A stretch of 64,000 bases of DNA from an uncultured delta proteobacterium (GTDB lineage: Bacteria > Desulfobacterota > Binatia > UBA9968). The translations under genes were made by a program, and so were the position numbers. This document shows positions 59,287 to 64,000 of the stretch, piece by piece. Under the pieces are notes generated by a model. The model saw only the letters and a list, made by a program, of their open reading frames with translations, was not told where the DNA came from and searched no databases. Location: assembly GCA_963847445.1 (NCBI GenBank), contig CAWJZV010000041.1, positions 64,001 to 128,000 on the forward strand, in the 5' to 3' direction. How positions within the stretch are numbered: the first letter of the stretch is position 1; each line of letters starts with the position of its first letter.

Positions 59287-60174
59287 TTACTTGCGCTGTG
59301 CGAGAATCTTCAGGGCAGCTTTTTTGACTTTCATGTCCCGGTCATCGAGCAGAGCTTCTATCTCCTTTGGAAATCCTTGCATCGCCGCCTGGGCGGCATC
59401 CTCGGCTAATCTTTTAATCGCCAAGCCGCGAATTCTCGGGTCGGTATCCTTAAGAAGCTTTCGGTAAACTTCGAGGTGGTCTCGCGTCTTGGCCAACAGG
59501 CCGAAACAAGCGAGCGCATCGAAGCGCACGGCGGATTCATCATGTTCCAAGCACTGCAGATAGACGTTGATGACGTCCTGCCGTTTCGCGGCGAAGCGCC
59601 AGAGGTTGAGCAGGATGGCGTGCTTTTGTTCCGAACCACCGTGCTCCAGCCGTTCTAGCAGAAGCGGCAGGATGCGATCGTCCCTGAGATTGCACAGCGC
59701 ATTCACCGCGGTTTGCCGGACTTGCTCGTCGCTGTCATAGAGCCGCTCGATCAGGGGAATCCCCGCCTCAACGTTTCCCTTCCATCCCAACGCGAAGGTT
59801 GCGTGGAGTCTCAGATCGCGATCTGAGCTTGCGATATCCTTGAGGAGCTTGTCGATCAACGATTGAGCATCTTTCAACAACGGACCCATGACGCTTATCT
59901 GGATCGCGGCGTGCTGGCGAATTTCGTCGTCTTCCGCGCTATCGGTCATGATTTCATACAACGGCCCAATGCATTGTTCATTGGCGAAGGTGCCGAGCAC
60001 GAATAGTATTTCTCTTTTAAGCTCCCCGTCGGCGTGCTTGAGAGCTCTTAAGAGCAAAGGAATCGCCTGATCGCGCTCGTCAATGAACAGGTCGACGGAT
60101 TCAACGTAATTCTGAGCTTTCTCAAGAATTCGTTGTTTCGAGTCGAATTCGATTACGCGGGTAGTTTTTTTCAT
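59287..60174 (-). CDS. HEAT-repeat protein
   Basis: Repeated L..L.D.D..VR..A..AL helices. Confidence 0.82.
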   Translation of the reverse strand: MKKTTRVIEFDSKQRILEKAQNYVESVDLFIDERDQAIPLLLRALKHADGELKREILFVLGTFANEQCIGPLYEIMTDSAEDDEIRQHAAIQISVMGPLLKDAQSLIDKLLKDIASSDRDLRLHATFALGWKGNVEAGIPLIERLYDSDEQVRQTAVNALCNLRDDRILPLLLERLEHGGSEQKHAILLNLWRFAAKRQDVINVYLQCLEHDESAVRFDALACFGLLAKTRDHLEVYRKLLKDTDPRIRGLAIKRLAEDAAQAAMQGFPKEIEALLDDRDMKVKKAALKILAQRK

Positions 60175-60729
60175 AAAATCGGGATCGCGAGGATGGATGA
60201 CTTTTCACGCATCGTGAATTCCAGTTGCCAAGCTTTGGAACGACATGCCATCCAACAATTATCAGATCGCGCTCCACGCCGTCCAGCTCGGCGACGCGCG
60301 GCAAATACGCCCCAGCGGTGAAAGCCGAATTTCTCGAATAGCTGCAGGCTAGCGTCGTTATGGGCGAAGATGAAACCGAGGAGAGTTTTCAACCCCAAGT
60401 CGCGGCGCCTGCACGATCGCTTGAGAGAGCAGCGCGTTGCCGATTCCTTTGCGCTGCCAGCTTGGAGCGATGTAAATGCTCAACTCAGCGGTCGCTTGAT
60501 ACGCCGGGCGGCCGTAGAACGACTGAAAGCTGAGCCATCCGGCGATCTCGTCGTTTTCCAGCGCGACCCAAAGCGGCCGCGCGTTCGGATGGTGTTCATG
60601 GAACCAGTCACTCCGGCTTTCGACGGTTACCGGTTGGGTATCGGCCGTGGCCGTGCGTCCTGGAATCGACGCGTTGTAAATTGCGACGATGGCCGGAAGA
60701 TCAGCTTCTATGGCATCTCGAATCGTCAA
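60171..60729 (-). CDS. GNAT acetyltransferase (Pat/MnaT-like), frameshifted; 3' end approximate
   Basis: IRDA..DLPAI..IYN, YGRPAY..TAELSIY, RKGIG, IFAHN..S..LF.KFGF, VAELDGVERDL. Confidence 0.85.
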
Positions 60730-60845
60730 TGTAGAATCCGTAGCGCGGGTTTAATCCCGACTTCAAAACTGTTTCAGCGAAAAGGAAAGTGTTAAAAAGC
60801 AACCGACGGCAATTTCATTACCACACTCTGGAAACGGAGGGTATC

Positions 60846-61568
60846 TTGAACGAAACGGAGCATAGGCTCGACCGCTACGTGGGGCACCTCACCGAAGGGG
60901 TGCTACGGTTTCGGAACGAGTTGGCCGTAGGCAGTGAAGCACCTGATTTTGCGTTGCCCTCGCTCGATGGTGACCTCGTGCGTTTGTCCAAGTTTCGCGG
61001 CAAGTCCAACGTGGTGCTGATCTTCGGCAGCTTCACTTGTGGCTCGACGGTCACGCAACTGCGGGCGGGAATCCACCACTCGGGGAATTGTATCGCGCGG
61101 ATATAGGCGGAAGGGGTTTGAGTTCTTCTTGGTCTACAGTGTCGAGATGCATCCCGGCGAATCGTGTCCCGCGGCCGTTGACCTTTGAGCAGCGTGTGGA
61201 GCATGCGCTGCGGCTCAAGAAAGAAGAGAATGTGCCGTTTCCGATTATCGTCGACGGCATCGGCAATGAAGTTCGCAAGCTCTATCACGCACTTACGAAT
61301 CCTAGTCTTTATCATCGACCGCGACGGGGTCGTTGGTTTACAAGTCGTCCTGGACTTGGGCGCCGGACTTAGAGCAAGTGCTCACCGAGTTGGTCGCTTA
61401 CGAGAAGAGCGAAGATCCAAGAATCAAATGGTACGGATGTGTTATTCGGAAAACCTTGTTGGCCTAACGCGCAACGCCAAGATCAGCGCTCAAGTTCACA
61501 GACGCGCTGGCCCACAGGCGGTGAAAACGTTCCAGGTGCTGAAGCGGAAAGAGGGGATAAAGGGGTGA
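60846..61568 (+). CDS. thioredoxin-fold, iodothyronine deiodinase-like protein, frameshifted
   Basis: GSEAPDFAL, VLIFGSFTC, Y..EMHP, IIVD, FIIDRDG; GGAGG RBS. Confidence 0.72.
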
Positions 61569-61614
61569 CTGGTCGTCTTGGAGTGTTACTGCCCAGGCAG
61601 CGTTTAGGTGCCAT

Positions 61615-62001
61615 TTACAATTGGCCAATCTCCTGTACCAGCAAGCGGTGATTCTCTCGGATCAATCGGTCCGTTGTACATAAGGGCACACGGCGGGCGG
61701 AACTGTGGGCTACAAGCAACCGGTCGAAGGGGTCACGGGTCCAGCTCAGGACCTGAGCATGACTATTCAGTGCCATGATACCAATGTCGTCAACAACAAA
61801 TCGCGGATCGCGCATGACGGTCTGGGTGAATCCGGGGTTGTTCACTGCGAGCTTTCCGACCTCTGACAAAAATTGAATCTCCAGCAGAGATACCGGTGAG
61901 ACACCCCAAGGACGATAGAGCGCCAACCAAGGGAACTGTCTTAGCCGTTTGGTGTTCAGGACAATCCAAACGAGAAAATGCGTGTCGAGGAGCGTGCTCA
62001 T
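61615..62001 (-). CDS. PIN-domain VapC toxin
   Basis: LLDTHFLVW, VSPVSLLEI, RDPFDRLLVAH, T.D. Confidence 0.88.
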   Translation of the reverse strand: MSTLLDTHFLVWIVLNTKRLRQFPWLALYRPWGVSPVSLLEIQFLSEVGKLAVNNPGFTQTVMRDPRFVVDDIGIMALNSHAQVLSWTRDPFDRLLVAHSSARRVPLCTTDRLIRENHRLLVQEIGQL

Positions 62002-62261
62002 TTACGCGAACGCTTCCTGAGCCTCAGCCCGCGTTCAGGACGCCAGTCCCATGACCACTGATCTGCTTCGTCAGCTCGCGGGACTTTCAGGAGTTTCTTG
62101 TAAGAAAGTTCGTTCGAATCGCGGGTTGGCTGAGCGGGATCTTCGCGCCGAAGCACGACTCGCTGCCCTTTGCGTTCCACCGCGATGACTTCGCCGCGAA
62201 GGGCATCATCAAGAAGCTGAAACCAATGCTTTCGAGCTTCAGAGGCTTTGACCTGTTTCAT
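61998..62261 (-). CDS. Phd/YefM-like antitoxin
   Basis: VKASEARKHWFQLLD.A..GE.I...RKG; ATGA overlap with vapC. Confidence 0.8.
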   Translation of the reverse strand: MKQVKASEARKHWFQLLDDALRGEVIAVERKGQRVVLRREDPAQPTRDSNELSYKKLLKVPRADEADQWSWDWRPERGLRLRKRSRK

Positions 62262-62269
62262 GTGCGTAC

Positions 62270-62299
62270 AATGTACAACAGTTAACCAGTTGCCGTCAA
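62270..62299 (-). promoter_or_regulatory. sigma70-like promoter of the TA operon (near-leaderless), with overlapping GTACA-A-TGTAC palindrome
   Basis: TTGACG-N18-TACATT-N8-ATG; palindrome at 62266-62276. Confidence 0.55.
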
Positions 62300-62399
62300 C
62301 CAAGTCGGAATCCCGTTTCCCCGCGAAATTGTGTGAACTTAAGGACAATGATATCGGGCATCGGATCGTCGAGGAATTCTTCTTGTGCGATATCGCCGC

Positions 62400-63121
62400 T
62401 TATTTCCTGGTTGAAGTGGTTATACCCGTTCCAGCCCGTGTGCATTTCAATAGGTTGTTAAGGGAATTGATTGTCGCCCCCTGCCACTCCCGCGCTTCTC
62501 GCCGGACTTCGCTGTGCGATTCCGATGTCTTGATCAATACTGGATGCATGCCCACTTGCGCGGCTGCGGCCAGTTCGTAGTTTTCACCGTCGGCGACGTA
62601 CAGGCATTCTTCAGGCTGCGACGCCGAGTCGTTCGCAGGCGAGCTGATAGATCTGCTTAGCGGGCTTCTTGATCCGTTCGCGGCTGGAGAAGACTGTCGA
62701 ATCGAAAAGTTCAGCGAATACGGTTTCCGGCCAGACGATGGGGATTTCGATGGAGCAATTGCTCAGCAAGCCGATCTTGAAACCGTCGTCTCTTAGTTGT
62801 GCCAAGGTTCGACGGCGTCCGGCTTCGTGGCGTCAGCGCGCGCCGGGTGAGTTGCAAGCGGGTTTCAACTGCCTTAGTCATTTGCTCGTCTGTCACCGAC
62901 GCGCCGATGATATTGCAAACGTAATTGATGCTCGCCTCGACGGTTTGAAACTCGCCCAGACTTCGCCGGTCGGTCAGTTGTCGCCAGTGCTGCATGAAGG
63001 GATCGTAGGGTAAACCGAGCGCCGCGGGGAACTCTGCATGGTTCGAACCGGCGGAGGCCGCGGCGAAGTCGTCGACGATGGTCCCGAATAGGTCGAAAAT
63101 GATAGTGCTAATCTCCATCAA
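62400..63121 (-). CDS. HAD-superfamily hydrolase, frameshifted
   Basis: IIFDLFGTI, LLSN, KKP..IY, CLYVADG..EL.AA..VGM. Confidence 0.85.
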
Positions 63122-64000
63122 AAAACATCCATGGTCGGAAATTTAGCTTCGCCATTTATACAGTCCCACAGATACACGGCAAGGCCGACGTCGCCTGTCC
63201 AGAGCGAGTAGCGGCGGTGGCCGTACTCCCTGGCGTGCCGCTCGCTCTGCTCGATGGCGTGCATCGCGAATGCACGCGCACGTTCCAGCCACTTTGCGTC
63301 GCCGGTCCTGCGATAGAGTTTTAGCAAAGCGTAGCCATTGCCGGCGGTGCCGTGACAAAGGTTCGGGCCTTTTGTCAGTGGCCCCGCTCTCCATATGAGT
63401 TCGCCACCTTTTGCCAATAGTTGATCGAATACCTCGTCCGCACCGGACGGGAGGTCGGCAAGACAGGTGATCATGCCCGGCGCGCCGTGACAATGTTGAA
63501 CGAGTTTGCCCGTACCACCCAAGCCCGCGGGCCAATTGGCGTAGACAGCGTCGGCTTGCGCGCTTCGTTCAACGGTTTCCCGAGCCCGTGATTCGACAAG
63601 CGCCAGTGTTTGTGAGTCGAGATATTTGCGACCTTTGAGGATTGCGAAAACATTTGCCGCAAAACCATGAACAGCGCCAAGGTAAATACTCGACCGTCCA
63701 TACATGTCCTGAGTCCAGACGTAGCAGTTGTGTTCCTCGTTCTTTTCCAGTTCGCTCATGAGCTGTCCAACATTTCGCACGTAGACTTCCTTCCAACGCT
63801 CATCGCCAGTCGACTCGAGCATAAAAAGCGCAGCCAACATGGTTCCAGGCGCGCCCCACATGAGTTCCCGCGCCGGGTTCGTCACGTTTGCCGCGACGGC
63901 AGGAAAGATCTGATCGGCCAGAGCATCGCTCGGAGAGAGGCGCCATTGCACCAGTAATATCCCGACATCACCCATCAGATACGAATTTGTCTGTGGGCCA
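63118..64000 (-). CDS. LanC-like (LanCL) protein, 5' end outside the window
   Basis: LMWGAPG, YLGAVHG, QHCHGAPG, NLCHGTAG, SLWTG. Confidence 0.88.
   Translation of the reverse strand, partial: GPQTNSYLMGDVGILLVQWRLSPSDALADQIFPAVAANVTNPARELMWGAPGTMLAALFMLESTGDERWKEVYVRNVGQLMSELEKNEEHNCYVWTQDMYGRSSIYLGAVHGFAANVFAILKGRKYLDSQTLALVESRARETVERSAQADAVYANWPAGLGGTGKLVQHCHGAPGMITCLADLPSGADEVFDQLLAKGGELIWRAGPLTKGPNLCHGTAGNGYALLKLYRRTGDAKWLERARAFAMHAIEQSERHAREYGHRRYSLWTGDVGLAVYLWDCINGEAKFPTMDVF

Noticed and set aside
61030-61050. Selenocysteine in the deiodinase-like protein
   Set aside because: The active-site codon is TGT (Cys), not TGA.
875-63121. Many split genes as pseudogenes or programmed frameshifts
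   Set aside because: Single-base indels hit housekeeping genes too (argJ, mazG, kinase) with no in-frame stops or decay; typical of uncorrected long reads. Read polishing would settle it.

Overview
GC-rich bacterial chromosome segment, mostly metabolic. The abundance of NitT/TauT-type binding proteins, Rieske oxygenases, cupins and BNR propellers resembles Deltaproteobacteria/Binatia-type genomes (inference only). Roughly half of the genes carry single-base indels, which I read as long-read assembly errors, so CDS coordinates are reconstructed across frameshifts and are approximate. Recognisable content: mazG, aguB-aguA, rmuC, a GlrK/QseG/GlrR-like sigma54 system next to an OmpA lipoprotein, two Rieske oxygenase alpha subunits, maiA, bacterial topoisomerase VI (top6B-top6A), argJ, BrnTA and Phd-VapC toxin-antitoxin pairs, a deiodinase-like thioredoxin-fold protein, a LanC-like protein, and 12 solute-binding proteins with no permease. 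I saw no rRNA, tRNA or CRISPR array. The best candidate for an undescribed system is 33178-36643 (-): BNR propeller, ligand-degenerate ferritin-like protein, ferredoxin, intact diiron ferritin-like paralog, second ferredoxin, i.e. a possible new alpha/beta diiron oxygenase with dedicated ferredoxins. Intergenic DNA holds several families of palindromic repeats, including a MITE with a 4-bp target duplication inserted inside a REP, and a RAYT transposase remnant.
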